From positions 33,914,001 through 33,978,000 of the forward strand of contig OX597825.1 of assembly GCA_951406725.2 (NCBI GenBank): a stretch of DNA of 64,000 nucleotides, in the 5' to 3' direction. Position numbers and translations under genes: made by a program. Below, one piece after another: positions 25,683-40,093 of this stretch. How positions within the stretch are numbered: the first letter of the stretch is position 1; the number at the start of each line of letters is the position of its first letter. The DNA is from Octopus vulgaris (taxonomy: Eukaryota). The notes under the pieces were generated by a model. The model was not told where the DNA came from and ran no database searches. It saw only the letters and a list, made by a program, of their open reading frames with translations.

Positions 25683-26850
25683 TGTAGCAATATCGTCTCT
25701 CATTGCTATCTTCACTGTTTGAGAAGAGTATTAAGAATAACCTCGGTCGAGATTACAAACATCTTCGGCTAGTTCAACATTGTTGTAAACACTAATTCGA
25801 TTGGCTGACACGTTGGTCTCTACTACTTTCGCACCGCTGGTTATCACCTGGCGCGACTTGCCTCCGTTTATTTTCGCGCTATAGTTCCAAGCAGCCAATC
25901 ACAGCTTTCCATTTCTGAAGTTCATTGGGAGCCATGTAAACCTTATAAAATAAGGTTTCTCAGACAAATATCCGTCTTAGGCTTTTGGTTCTTTTCAGAG
26001 CTAAGTCTCTGACCACAGAGCTCGTCTGTCGGCTTAAGACCTTCTAAGGTCCTGGTCGGAGACCATATAACCAGACATAACGGCATCACCAACTCCGTCG
26101 CTACCTACGAAGATTTAGCTCGTACATAAGATGGCTACAAAACCAACTCATACTGTTTGTGTGAAAACCACACCACGGAAAAACAGTTGCAGGAATCTAT
26201 ATCAAGAGGAACAAAAACCAAGCAAACATCGTCCCTAGCTACGAAGTTTTAAATAGTACACAAGATTATCACAGATTCAACTATAGCGGTTAGGTGAAAA
26301 TATCACCACGGAAAAAACGGCTACAGTTAACATATCTGGAGTATATTCATATCAAGAGAAAGATAAACGCAACAAGCGATTCAACAGATGTCAGCTCTGA
26401 GACACAACATCTTGATATGAAACTCTTACACCTCGTGTACCTCATAAACAGTAAATCAATTACCTGTCTTTAGTTCTTCTAAGAACTAGCTCCAGAGACA
26501 GCGCTAAACAACAAAATGATACAATGGTTCCTTAACCACTATGCCAATGTACGCTCAACACCCAAAGACTGCTATCTTCCACCATCAGGTACTTTTCTAT
26601 GTCAACCACATTCATTGTTCTGTCACACACTAACACACAGACACAAACACGTGTTGCATGCTCCCATACACTTCCAACCTTAACTTCATTGTAAATAAAA
26701 TCTTATCTTGCCTCTCAAACAGTGACTTGTTGTCAATCCCTTATGTTCTATTGTGCCGCATGTATAAATGGTTTGTCTAACTCAACAAGAATGGGATCGC
26801 GTGCGATTGTATTTTCTATATGACACGACCACATGTGATCCCGTTTTACA
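25683..26850 (+). mobile_element. Solo LTR (Gypsy-type), related to the LTR at 32181-32930
   Basis: TGTAGC...TTACA ends, CCAAT (~25895), TATAAAA (~25944) and AATAAA (~26694); blocks similar to the reverse complement of 32181-32800. Confidence 0.75.
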
Positions 26851-27080
26851 TATATGTATATATATAATATCTTTTTGTAATGAGATAAAAAAAACCAAGC
26901 TGTGTAGATTTTATCTCATTATGAAAAAAGATGTTTATATACACACGCTGGTATATGATCTACGTGGAACCCCTTATTCGCATAATCACCGAACCTGGAA
27001 CTTAACTAAGGTCTATCTATAGCACTTATTCAGCATTACCTGACATGTTTGGATCTCAATGACACCATTACCTCTCGTAA

Positions 27081-27137
<57 letters not shown>

Positions 27138-28254
27138 AGAGAGAGAGAGAGAGATTTAGGTATAGATATGTGTGTATATATATATATGTGTATGTATTTA
27201 TATATGTATATATAGATATATGTATTTATGTGTATATATGTGTATGTGTGTGCATGTATATATATAAATACGTCAGGCCTCTTTCTGTTTGGTTGGCGCT
27301 TGTACTGGATAAGTAATTTGTCTTTTGACTTCAAAAGGACCAAAGGCAAAGTTGACTTGATAAAGTTTGTGACACAACTTCACATGACACGCTTTGGTGA
27401 AACTTTTTAAGTATTCATGTATATATATATATGTATATGTAGACCTCTGGAAGTGTGCTGTGCGTGAGAAGACCCGGCAGGACAAGTGAGTCCATAACCC
27501 GTGGCCTTCTACATGGGATGGAGCCAGCCTACGTATGGATACCTTCCCTTCTTGGGACACAAAACTCTACTTTTGAAGACCTGTTGAGGCAAGTGAGGAT
27601 CAGAATCGAAATCGATCAATGGAAATTGCAGATGTGTTACCAGTGCCGGTGGCATGTAAGAGAACCTTCCGTTTCGTGACCGTTGCCAGCGCCGCCCCGA
27701 CTGGCCTCGTGCCGGTGGCACGTAAAAAGCACCATCCGTTCGTGTCCGTTGCCAGCCTCGCCTGGCCCTCGTGCCGGTGGCACATAAAAAGCACCATCCA
27801 TTCGTGGCCGTTTGCCAGCTCTGTCTGGCACCTGTGCGGGTGGCACGTAAAAAGCACCCACTACACTCACGGAGTGGTTGGCGTTAGGAAGGGCATCCAG
27901 CCGTAGAAACACTGCCAGATTTGACTGGGCCTGATGAAGCCTTCTGGCTTCACAGACCCCAGTAGAACCGTCCAACCCATGCTAGCATGGAAAACGGACG
28001 CTAAACGATGATGATGATGATGATGATATATATATATATATATATATATATCTGTAAATGTAATATGTGACAATTATACGGTAGCCATGATAAAACTCCG
28101 AGTTTCGGATGCCGAGGTGTGTGAATTTAGTTGAGGTGTATTCCATTAAGAACGTATTAGAGTACAAAATAGAGCTTGTTCACCCTTAGAATTACCAGAT
28201 ATACGGCAGTATGATGGTATACTACCAATTCTAGGTTTAGGCATTCTTCGTGTG

Positions 28255-29116
<862 letters not shown>

Positions 29117-29271
29117 TGAGAAAATGGGGGTCGAATCAATTAATTATTAATAAATTCGACTAAGCAGTATTCGGTGTAAAGTGAATTCTTTTACTTTACC
29201 ATATTTTTATAAATATATATTTATATATATATATATATATGTATGTATATATATATGTGTGTGTGTATGTA

Positions 29272-29313
<42 letters not shown>

Positions 29314-29659
29314 CATGCGTATATATACATATATATATATCTACATACATATATATATATGTATATATATATATATACATACATATATATATATCTACAC
29401 ACATATATATATATCTATATCTATATACACTTATGTATGTATGTATATATACATATATGTGCGTGTGTGTGTGCCTTACTCATGCATACATGGAAGATGA
29501 ACGTTACATGATGATGTATTATGTATGTGTTAAAATTCAAATAACTTCATATATTCTCCAAGTATTTTCAACTGCATTTATTCCTTCTGCACAACTACTT
29601 GTTTAGATTTGTAATGATTATCTTCCCCGCCTCTTCCTCACTCTTTCTTTCTTCCCTCT

Positions 29660-29695
<36 letters not shown>

Positions 29696-29762
29696 TCTCT
29701 GACTCTGTATGTATATATATATTTATTACTCGCAAACTACATAGACATATGATGTAATTTAC

Positions 29763-29856
29763 CTTTGGGCTTTAAATTACAGACTTTGATTTTGGCACCA
29801 GGGTTATCGAGTGTGCAGCTATAAGTAGCTGAAGTATTCAAGTTCTTCAAATAAAT
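29763..29856 (-). CDS. PLAT receptor coding exon 4: PLAT C-terminal strands
   Basis: ttccaattttttgcag|ATT...AAAG|gtaaat; 94 nt, phase 0->1; IYLKNLNTSATYSCTLDNPGAKIKVCNLKPK. Confidence 0.88.
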
Positions 29857-30081
29857 CTGCAAAAAATTGGAACAAAAATGTAAAGCATGTTGCATGTAAC
29901 ACGCACACACACACACACACACACAAGCGCGCGCGCGCGCGCATATCTATGTATGTATGCATATATGTGTATATATATGTATTTGTGTGTGTATATATAT
30001 ATAAATATATACATAGAGAGTCCTACTCAGGCATGTATGAAAGATGGACGATGATGATGGTGATAATGATGATAATGATGA

Positions 30082-30115
<34 letters not shown>

Positions 30116-30656
30116 GGTGGTGGTGGTAATGATGATGATGATGATGATATGTAAATATATATAGTTAATGGATCATATATCCGAAAATAATCAACCTCTA
30201 AATGTTAAAGTAGTGACGTATTTACATGAAATTAAATATATGTCCGGATATAGAGTGACCAATTGTTTTACATTCATAAAGCGCTTAGCTCTATAGACAA
30301 CACTTTGGGCTCCAATGGTCGTGGACATATAAACTCTCTTGAAACTAGAAGTAGAAGTAGAAGACAATAAGATAAACTGTCTGAACTGTAAACGAGACAG
30401 GTTAATACCCTTAGACCATTTTGTTTGACAAATCTTATGGACCTAAAGAATGAACGGGGAACTTCTGCCCTTAGGCTGCAAATACTTTTTACAACCCTAA
30501 TCGATAAACTGGAAATCCCACACCTGCAGCAGGTAGCATTTGAAATGGGGGTATGGGCTGTAGATCTCATCTTGTGTTTAAGAGAGACTGCATCCAGCGA
30601 GTCTTTGAGGATCCTTGCTTACTCTACTATGCAAAGCTTACATTGTTTATAGAAGT

Positions 30657-31559
30657 ATAGTGGGACCCTTGCCTCCATGCGAGGATAATATGTATTTGTT
30701 GACGTGTGTCGATCGTTTTTCGAGATGGCCCGAGGCTTATCCGATAAAAGATATATCTGCAGTAACGATAGCAAAAACTTTGTTTACCAATTGGATGTCT
30801 AGATTCGGCATTTCAAATACAGTGACAACAGATCGTGGTAGACAATTTGAGTCTAGCTTGTTCGCAGAATTCAATAAACTGTTGGGAATTAATAGAATTC
30901 ATACAACTTCATATCACCCACAGTCTAACGGAATGGTAGAAAGGTTCCATAGACAGTTGAAAGCTTCATTAAGAACTTATTCTAATTCTAACGATTGGCT
31001 AGAGGCTTTGCCAGTGGTATTGTTGGGAATTAGAAGTACGGTTAAAGAAACTATACAGTATTCTCCAGCTGAACTTTTGTACGGAACAACATTAACTCTA
31101 CCGGCTCAAATGTTCGAAGAAACTAATTTTTTCAATGGAGATGTTAATGACTATGTAACTCGTCTAAAAAGATTTCTTACGGATATTCCTTCTCGTACAA
31201 GAAAAATGCAAAATGTTAAAAGCATTCTTCCTTCGGATATAAAATCTTGGACACATGTATTTGTATGTAACGATGCAGCTCATAATTCACTGAAATATAA
31301 ATACACCGGACCTTTTAAAGTCTTATCAGTTACAGACAAAACTATGACTTTTGAAATGAATGGAAAGAAAGAAATTGTCAGTGTCGACAGAGTAAAAAAA
31401 GCTTATTTCGACCATTATCCATGTCATGAAACCAGAGATATGAGCAACACACATCAACACAACGTGAAACAAAAAAATGATATAGAAAACAACAAATCCG
31501 ATGTTGAGGGAAAAGCGAAATCAATTCTAAAATCACCTACAAATGTAAAAAAAAACTAG
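30657..31559 (+). mobile_element. Gypsy/Ty3 integrase coding fragment, 5' truncated
   Basis: IVGPLP...VDRFSRWPEA...TTDRGRQFES...YHPQSNGMVERFHRQLK...YTGPFKV (DDE core plus GPF motif). Confidence 0.95.
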
Positions 31560-31879
31560 AAGTGGGAGAACTGTACACTTCCCAAGAAAACTTTCTCAAT
31601 TTATTTGAGGATTTTTTTTTTGTAAAAAAAAAAAATATTTGTTTATTCATGGATTATATATAAAAAAAAAAGAAAGAAGATTGATTTATATTCATGGATT
31701 ATTTAATAACAAAAAAGAAAAAAAAAACATTATTTTTTTTCCAGTGAAAGGAGAAGAACAATGTACGAACATGAAATGTAAGCGGAAAGACTAAATTCAT
31801 ATGTTTTAAACCTGTAAATGCATTTATATATAAAAAAAATATATGTATAACGAATTTCCTTCGCAAAATTGTGACAATT

Positions 31880-32930
31880 TTTCTGGCAAGAGGCCGATGT
31901 AGCGTGGCAGTTTTCAGTCATTTTGAAATATGACTATAGTGGTCTCCACGTAGTTCGCGCCACTGGTTGACATGTGACACGAGGGTCTCTACGTAGTCCG
32001 CGCCACTGGTTGACACGTGACGCGGACTACGTAGAGATCCTCGTGTCACATGTCAACCAGTGGCGCGGACTACGTAGAGACCCTCGTGTCACATGTCAAC
32101 CAGTGGCGCGAACTACATGGAGACCACTATAGTCATATTTCAAAATGGCTGAAAACTGCCATGCTACATCGGGGTCACCAGTATAAGAAATAGGATCACG
32201 TGTGGTCGTATCGTATAGGAAATACGATCGCACGTGGTTCTACTCTTAACGAATTATTACAAGCCATAAATACATACAGTAACAATAGAACATAAGTGAA
32301 TTGACAACAAGTCTTCTGTTGGGAGACAAATATTATTTATTTTACATATTTTACGATCGTGTCAATGTTAGGAGTTTGTAAGCGTTAGCATGTTTTTGTG
32401 TCTGTGTGTTCGTGAGGCATAAAAGGTATGACTATAGAATTTGGTTCACAGTTCCTATGGCGAAGGTGTAGGAATCTACTCGAGGTCGATACATGATGGT
32501 ATGGGCGAACGACGAATATAGCAGGCTTTCGGTGATTGTATACATTAGCGTAGAAACAGGTAGTAGCAAAGACAATCACTAAGTTGAGCAGCAGGTGGCC
32601 TAAGTTAGTTCTTAGAAGAACTTGAACTAAAGACGAAGGTGTCTGTGAACCCGCCTTTATATACTGTTTGAGTGGTTCACCGAACTTCAGAAATGGAATC
32701 CTAAACAAAGGTTGTGATTGGTTGTTTCGAGACTGTGACGCGAAATAAGTCGAGACAATTCGCGTCACGTGTCAACCAGTGGCGCGGACTACGTAGAGAC
32801 CCTCGTGTCACATGTCAACCAGTGGCGCGGAATACGTAGAGACCCTCGTGTCACATGTCAACCAGTGGCGCGAACTACGTGGAGACCACTATAGTCATAT
32901 TTCAAAATGGCTGAAAACTGCCATGCTACA
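31880..32930. mobile_element. Rearranged Gypsy LTR block: PPT plus LTR start (+, from 31898), inverted LTR start (32020-32168), PBS (32169-32180) and full LTR (-, 32181-32930) with 43-bp internal repeats
   Basis: Three tgtagc(a/g)tggcagttttcag starts; PBS tggtgaccccga on minus; 43-bp unit at 32771, 32814 and 32857. Confidence 0.8.
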
Positions 32931-33390
32931 GAGGATCCTGGCTGCTCTGTGATCTTCCATTTAGCTTCATCCTTCAGGCATCACACATGGCCAGGGACAT
33001 GACGTAACATTTTTTCGGAACTCTAAAAGAGAACCTATGATTGTACAGGTACCAAGTAAAAGCAGTTTCGGCTGATCCGCTGTGTCTCCAAATTTGACTG
33101 TAAGTTGTTTTCTTGCCTCTGGCGCATCTTCCGTTAGCTCCGGACTTGTAGTCTTTGTTGTTACTGCTGCTGCTGTTGCCGATGGTGTTGCGGATGCCGT
33201 CGCTGTTAATTCTGGGCATTGGAACTAGTAGCTCCACTGACACTGCTGGTGCTGCTGATGCTGGTGCTGGTGTTGGTGTGGTCATCATCTCCTGCTGTAG
33301 CTATGGTGCTGGTTGTGCGCTCGTCGTTTCATCTGCTTAATGTGTTGTTGCGGCTGCTGCCTCCACTTTTTGAATGAGAAACCATTGATC
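32931..33390 (-). mobile_element. GC-rich Ala/Thr-rich decayed coding fragment, possibly a LINE ORF1 remnant
   Basis: TATASATPSATAAAVTTKTTSPELTEDAPEARKQLTVKFG; has stops and no clean splice sites. Confidence 0.3.
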
Positions 33391-33406
33391 AATCTCTCTT
33401 CTTCTC

Positions 33407-33439
<33 letters not shown>

Positions 33440-33443
<4 letters not shown>

Positions 33444-34830
33444 TAAAGTTAGTGATATGACAGAATACCTCCACCACACGCCAACCCTATTAGCCTTCTT
33501 GGACCGCAAAGCTATTCTGAATAGAAACTCTAAATGTAGACTAATTAACCAAGCCGAAACTGAAATAAATATTATTAGCAAAAAATATTACAGATTCTAT
33601 TTAAAACGAGTTAAATAGAGAATTAGATTTATGGATTTGGGGGAATAGTAAGTCAGATATAGATAGGTTCAAAGGAATTAGCCATAAACGCAACTGCAAA
33701 TTTACGCAGTTTGATATTGTGACTTTTACCCGTCAGTATCCAGGCCTTTACTTTTTAAGGCATTAGACTTCGCCATCGATAACTCGGATTTAAATATTGT
33801 CCTGCATGCAAGGAATACCCTCCTTTTTACGATAATTCCACCTGGGTTAAAAAGGGCGAGGATTCTTTATTCGATGTACCGATGTATGATGGAGCAGAAT
33901 TATGTTTACTTATCGGAGCTTATATTTTGCATAACCTGCATCTAGAATTCCCTTTTATAGATGCAGGATTATACAGGGGTGATGGTCTTATAGTCACACG
34001 TGATTTAAACGGTCATGAGTTAGTTAGACTTAGCAAGAATCTTATTACTTTCTTGCAAATAATAGGCTTACGGATAACGATTGAAAGTAACCTTAATAAT
34101 GTAGATTTTTTTATAGATGTTAACTTAGATTTGCAAATACATAAATGAAAAGCTATCTTATATTAACAATGAGTCAAATCATCCACCCGTAACTTTTAAG
34201 AATCTAGTTAGAAATAGAGGAAGGTGCATATCATCCATACCTTCAGACGAGACAGCGTTTCAAAATGTCGCTCCTTACTATGATAATGCATTTAGGAACA
34301 GTGGATTCTCGGAGAAGATCCAGTATAGTCAAACTACTTCTAACAACTAGAAAGGAAAATGTTGTGGTTTAATCCGGCATTTAACATTGCCGTAAAACAA
34401 ATATAGGTAGGGAATTCTTAAAAATAGTTTCTAAACATTTTCAAACTAACCATGAGTTCTATAGAATTTTTAATTGGAGAATGCTGAAGGTTAGCTATTC
34501 TTGTTACAAAAACACCGCCTTGCTATTAAATTTACACCCTACGGTCAGCCTAATAATAATCAACACAACACGAAAATCATTAAAAGCAATCACAGTGCGG
34601 AATTTAATCAGAAGAACTGCTATTGTAAAGATCAGAGCTGCAGTCCGTTAGAAGGAAAATGTCTTGATAAAGGAATAGTTTACAGAGCTAAAGTAAAAAT
34701 AGATCGATCACAAAAATACAAAACATACACAGGAGCTTCGGAAAATTAATTTCTCAAACAAAGATTATATAGAGTTAGTGAAAATGCAACAATAACCCAA
34801 AATATGTATACGTCCTCAAATAACTTACGC
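33440..34830 (+). mobile_element. Penelope-like element (RT plus GIY-YIG), decayed
   Basis: YDGAELCLLIGAYIL...GLYRGDGL RT motif; NCYCKDQSCSPLEGKCLDKGIVYRAKV...TYTG endonuclease start. Confidence 0.85.
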
Positions 34831-34970
34831 TTCCTGTATATGCGCAGGAGTGGCAGTGTGTTAAGTAGCTTGCTACCAAACCACATGATTTTGGGTTCAG
34901 TCCCACTGCGTGGCACCTTGGGCAAGAATTTTGTACTATAGACTCAGGCTCACCAAAGAAGCTCGTCGTG

Positions 34971-35024
<54 letters not shown>

Positions 35025-35253
35025 ATATTAGGGAGTATAACTCCAAACTTACAGGGAAAAATTCAATCTAGTATTAAATCAAATTTCACAATATAAATAT
35101 ATAAAATATAAATTAGGGATAAAACCACTATTATGCAACTCAAACAATGATGGACATAAACCAAGACATAAATAAATAAAATATATTTTCATAAAACAAA
35201 ACTAAATCACAAAAAGTATAAAAATGAATAATTAATATATAATAAGTAAAAAA

Positions 35254-35353
35254 AACTATGTATGTTTCATGGCTATAATTAAATGTTAATTTCAATTAAA
35301 TTTAAATTTAATTGAAATGAATTCAATTTAAAATTATAGTCAATCTTCAGGTT
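35254..35353 (-). ncRNA. Degenerate hammerhead ribozyme (CpG-decayed stem III)
   Basis: aac-CTGAAGA-long AT-rich stem II-GAAA-cataca-TA-gtt. Confidence 0.5.
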
Positions 35354-36339
35354 AACAATAATAGTTAAATAAATAAGCAAATAGAGTTAAACAATATTTA
35401 TTAAAAAGAAATAAATAAAATAATGACTTTTCTTATAGAAGAAACTCCATTAACGCAATTTGAAATTTAAAACATTAGGATCAGTTTCCTACAATACATT
35501 TATTATGTTAAATATTTAAGGCAAAAAATAGAGTAAATAGATAGAAAAATGTATTTATCTGTGAAGATATAATTCAGCTTAAAAAACATCAATAAACTAT
35601 AGAATATTTTTAACCTAGTTATACTCAAATATTTAATTACCAAAGTATTTAACAAAACAATCACTATTGATATTTTTAGATTTTAGTTCGCATATAATAA
35701 TTATAAAATGATAAATACATAAAAATAAGTATCTAAATTATAAGCAAAAAATATAGTAATAAAAATCTATATTTTTTCTATCAATAAACATATAATCAAT
35801 AAATGAATTAGTCCATTATTACTTACATAAACATTATAGATATCTTTATGAAATATTTATGAAATACAAATTAAGAATTGAAAAATTCCAAATTAAAAAC
35901 GTATAACCTATCTTTATAAAATACTTAATATTACTATTATTATTAAATGTAATAGTACTAGAAATATAAACTGACTAGAAATATAATAAGAAACTTATAG
36001 TTTTTGTATGGATGTGTGTACGTGTATATATGCGAGAGGGTGCTGAAATGTATGTATGTATGTATGTGTGTGTATGCATGGGTATGTATGTTTATCAGTG
36101 TGTGTGAGAGAGAGGGAGAGAGAGGGAATGGAAGGGAGAGAGAGATGATTGTGTTCCACATTAAAAGGAGAAATCTTTATATCCTTATATTTATCTACCT
36201 GTTTCATTACCTGGATTGAAAGTAGTGTGAGAAAGTAGTCAAAGTGCTTGATAGTAATCTGTTATTACCTGAATTGAAAACAGGAACTTTTAAGTAACAT
36301 GATAATGCAGCAAAATCACGCACAGTCACACACACACAT

Positions 36340-36394
<55 letters not shown>

Positions 36395-36426
36395 TTAAAA
36401 AATAAGAATTCTATCCAAATACTTAC

Positions 36427-36683
36427 AGTATCCAATGTCCAGCCAGATCCAAAGCTGTGCAAGTAATTTTTTGCCGTTTCATTTAATTCTAATTCTTTTA
36501 CTGGATCAATTTGTGGAGTGCAAAAATCAAAGCTTGGTTGATCTCCACTGTGACATTTATCCGCACAAGATATTATATTTGAGAAAACTCGCGTTTCATC
36601 ATTGATTAATTCAACAGTGATATAATTTGAGGTTCCAGACAACCAACTGTTTGAAATATAAAAATTCATTCTCCAGCAGTAAT
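36427..36683 (-). CDS. PLAT receptor coding exon 3: main part of the PLAT/LH2-like domain
   Basis: gtttcgtttcag|AT...ACT|gtaagt; 257 nt, phase 1->0, open. SGTSNYITVEL / HSGDQPSFDF / IDPVKELEL / GSGWTLDT(IYL) match the PLAT consensus AGTxxxVxIxL / FxxGxxDxF / LGxIxxIxI / GxxWxLxxVxV. Confidence 0.88.
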
Positions 36684-37799
36684 CTGAAACGAAACACCAT
36701 GAGATAATGTTTATTACATAGATTGACTGTTTGTAATAATACTGTTTGTATACATTTTATATTTTACTTCTTTCAGTCATTGAACTACAGCCATGTTGGG
36801 GCACCACCTCGAAGGATTTTAGTCGAACGAATCGACTCCAGTACTTATTGTTTAAAGCCTGGTGCTTATTATATTGATCTCATGTGCTACATTACAGGAA
36901 CATGAACAAATCAATATTGGTGGTCGAGTAGTGGTGGTAAAGCAAACAAAAACGCAAAGACACACGCACAAACACATACATATACATATAGGATGAGCTT
37001 CTTCGTTAAATCTACTCACAAAGCTGTGGTTGGCCTGGGGCTATAGTAAAAGGCATTTGCCCTAAGTGTCAAGCTGTAGGATTGAACTCAGAACCATGTG
37101 TGTGCTGGGGAAGTAAACTTGCTACTACATAACCACGTTTGCGTCCATATTTAAAACCATACAATAAATATTTTTGAGGCACAGGTGTGACTCTGTAGTG
37201 TTGAAGCTTACTTCCAAACCATGTGGGTTTGCGTTCCGTCCCATGCACAGCACTTTGGGCAAGTGTCTTCTATTATAACCCCGAACTGACGAATGCATTG
37301 TGAGTGGATTTGGTAGATAGAACCTGAAAATAGTTCATCGTATATTTGTAAGAATCTCCGGTGACAGTCTATTGGTGTCAAATAAAGTGTTAAATATCCT
37401 GCATATTTATATGACTGAATAGACAAAAAAGTAAGAAAGAGTTACTCAACACATTTCCTAGGTGTTCATATATTAGTATCTAATAACAGTTTGATTCAGC
37501 GCAACGCAATTTAAAGTTTCGTAGGCGCTTCACACGAACCTAGCTTTTCAGGTTAATGCATCCGAATGGAGAGGTGGAGGAAATTCAGCATGGCTACTGG
37601 AGATAAGGCTGTTAATGGTCTCTAGGTGGGTCACATAGTTTTGTTGCATAAGAATGGAACATCAAGTAGAAAATTATTTCTTGGACCACGTGTTGGACAG
37701 GATGTTTGTGACATATTGATGGGTGTTACGGACGAGAATCTTAGTAGTAGTAGTAGTAGTAGTAGTAGTAGGCATCTGTCGAGAGGCCATGGATTTGCA

Positions 37800-38795
37800 C
37801 CCAGATAAATTGTATCAGCTGCTGATTGCGGTGAAGCATCTATTGTGGCCGTACAGGCCCACATGGAAGTGGAAGTCACGCATACAGCGACTGCATTTGC
37901 CACTGCTGCTGATTTTTCCTTTTCTTTGATAGTGATTACCTGCTTTTCTTCCACTCTCTTCATTCCTTTTCTGCAGTATTTGCCTCCAGTGTTGACGATC
38001 ATTTGCAACCTTCTCCCATTTCGGGACGTCCAGATCAAGCGACTTCATACCTCTCTTACAGACAACTTTGAAAAGAAGATGAGGTCGTCCTAGTACTCTT
38101 GTACCGGTAGCCAATTCCCCAGACAGAAGGTCTTTTGAGATCCTTCCATCTGACATGCGATGTACATGACCGAGCCAGCGCAAACGACGCTGCTGGAGCA
38201 AGATGTGTATACTGGGTATCTTGGCTCGGTCAAGGTTTTTAGTTTTGGTGATGTGGTCGGTCCATCTGATATCCAAAAATGCGTCTTAAATTACGAAGGT
38301 GGAAGACGTAGAGACGCCACTCCTATCTAGAGTAGAGGCTCCACGTGTCACTGCCATAAATTAGCGTACTAAGGATGCATACTTCATAGACAACGATTTT
38401 GGTGTTTGTAACCAGTTATTTGTTTTCCCAGACACTCTTTGTGAGCCTGGCAAATGTGGAAGATGCTTGTCCAATTCGCCTGTTGATATCAGGGTCCAGG
38501 AAGTAGCCATCAGCGATGATAGAACTGTGATGGGTGAATTAATGGACTACCTCCAGCTTGTAGTTGTTGATGGTGATGGTGGGAGCGTGCTTGACACTTT
38601 GACTCATTACTTGGGTCTTCTTCAGATTGATAGTCAGGCTGAATTCCTGACGGGCCTCTGAGAGTTTGTCCACGAGGTGCTGCATTTGCTCTTCAGAGTG
38701 CACTGTCAGTGTTGCATCGTCTGCGAACAGCATTTCTCTGACGTGTACCTGGCGCACCTTGGATTTTGTTTTCAGCCTCGACACATACACGGATT
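37800..38795 (-). mobile_element. RTE-BovB-like LINE fragment
   Basis: VREMLFADDA...LTINLKKTQVM; QRRLRWLGHVHRMSDGRISKDLLSGEL...GRP. Confidence 0.9.
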
Positions 38796-39695
38796 TCATC
38801 ATTATCATAATCATCATCTTTTAACATCAGTCTTCCATGCTGGCAAGGGTTGGATGGTTTGAGAGAATCTGATGAGTCAGAGGACCGCTTTCTGCTTCAG
38901 GGTCTGCTTTGGCATGGTTTCTGTGTCTGGATGCCCCTACTTCTCTCAACCACTTTCTAAAGTATACTTGATGCTTTTTCATTGCACCAGAGCCCATGCA
39001 TTTGCCATGTGGACTACAAGACTAAGATCTTCATAGACTGAGTGGAGCTACAGTAGAAAAAGAGGCAGTTCTATACTAAGTAAGGAAACATTTGAGTACA
39101 ACAGAGGGCATTGGAACAGGTTTCTTGCTGTTAAGGAGATACAAATCTTTTCACATTATACAAGAGTTAGAAGGTGGTAAGCAAAACATAATTGTTTGCA
39201 TGCAGGACAAAATGCTTAGTGGTATTTTGGTTGTTTTTATGCTCTTAGTTCGAATTTAGCAGAAGCAGACTTTACTTTTCATCCTTCAAGGGTCAATGAA
39301 ATAAGTACTAGTTAAGCATTGAGGGCTGATGTAATAGATTTGCTCCAACCCCTAAAATTTCAGGCTGTGTGCTTTTGGTAGAAAGGATCATACAAGAGAG
39401 GGTGGAAGTAATTAAGGTGGATCTAGAAAAAGAGATAAAAACAGTGGTAACAATGTGTCAGAGTGGGCTTTGGGAGGAGAAGAACAACAAGGGTGGACAG
39501 ATAGCAATTGTAAGCATATATGGAAAAAGGAAAAGAGAGAGAGAGAAAGAAAGAGAGATGCTTTTTCATAAGAGTGAAGTAGATAACAGAAACCTTTCTA
39601 GAATGTGCGTAATACTACCACATAACTTTTGCCATTTGGCTATTCTGTTCATTGAGACCAACTTTGCTTTTCATTTATTTGAAGAAAGAAAATAA

Positions 39696-39981
39696 CTAGT
39701 CTAGATTAGGGAACTGGCAAAATTGTTTGAGAATTGGATAGGCTGTTCTAGCACTGTTCATTTTGAACCCAAATACTACTTCATCAGGAAAAAATAGTGA
39801 CAGATCTGTCAGGATTTGTAGCCAATATATAGTAACTGCAATTTCGGGAAAACAATGGAAATGTAAGGAAATGTAATTTCCTGAATTTGATATCTCCATG
39901 TATTTATTAATATTTTGCTAAAATTGAAGCAGATGATGGTACAATATTAAAAAAATAAACAATATCCAATTTGGCAGCACA
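39696..39981 (-). pseudogene. Possible fossil beta-rich (FnIII-like) ectodomain exon
   Basis: Acceptor catatttgcag|; reads CAAKLDIVYFFNIV...FPLFSRNCSYYILATNPDRSVTIFS**SSIWVQNEQC with several stops. Confidence 0.25.
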
Positions 39982-40021
39982 CTGCAAATATGCTTAAAAC
40001 AAATATTATTTTAATACATAC

Positions 40022-40093
40022 CTTTTGGCATTTGATTGTTCTGTATTTGTAGATCTTTTGCTCTCCTGGAACGTTTATTCTGATCCACGGAGC
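40022..40093 (-). CDS. PLAT receptor coding exon 2: propeptide with furin site
   Basis: ctaattaccaataattctctag|GC...AAAG|gtatgt; 72 nt, phase 1->1; SSVDQNKRSRRAKDLQIQNNQMPK. Confidence 0.82.

Noticed and set aside
32771-32890. 43-bp repeat array as a possible CRISPR
   Set aside because: Head-to-tail repeats with no unique spacers, inside an LTR in a eukaryotic context.
32974-33340. Thr/Ala-rich ORF as an extra mucin exon of the receptor
   Set aside because: No clean phase-compatible splice sites, has stops, and exons 3 and 4 join without it.
39982-40021. Intron joining the propeptide exon directly to the 39981 segment
   Set aside because: Only 40 nt long, and the downstream segment has stops in the required phase.
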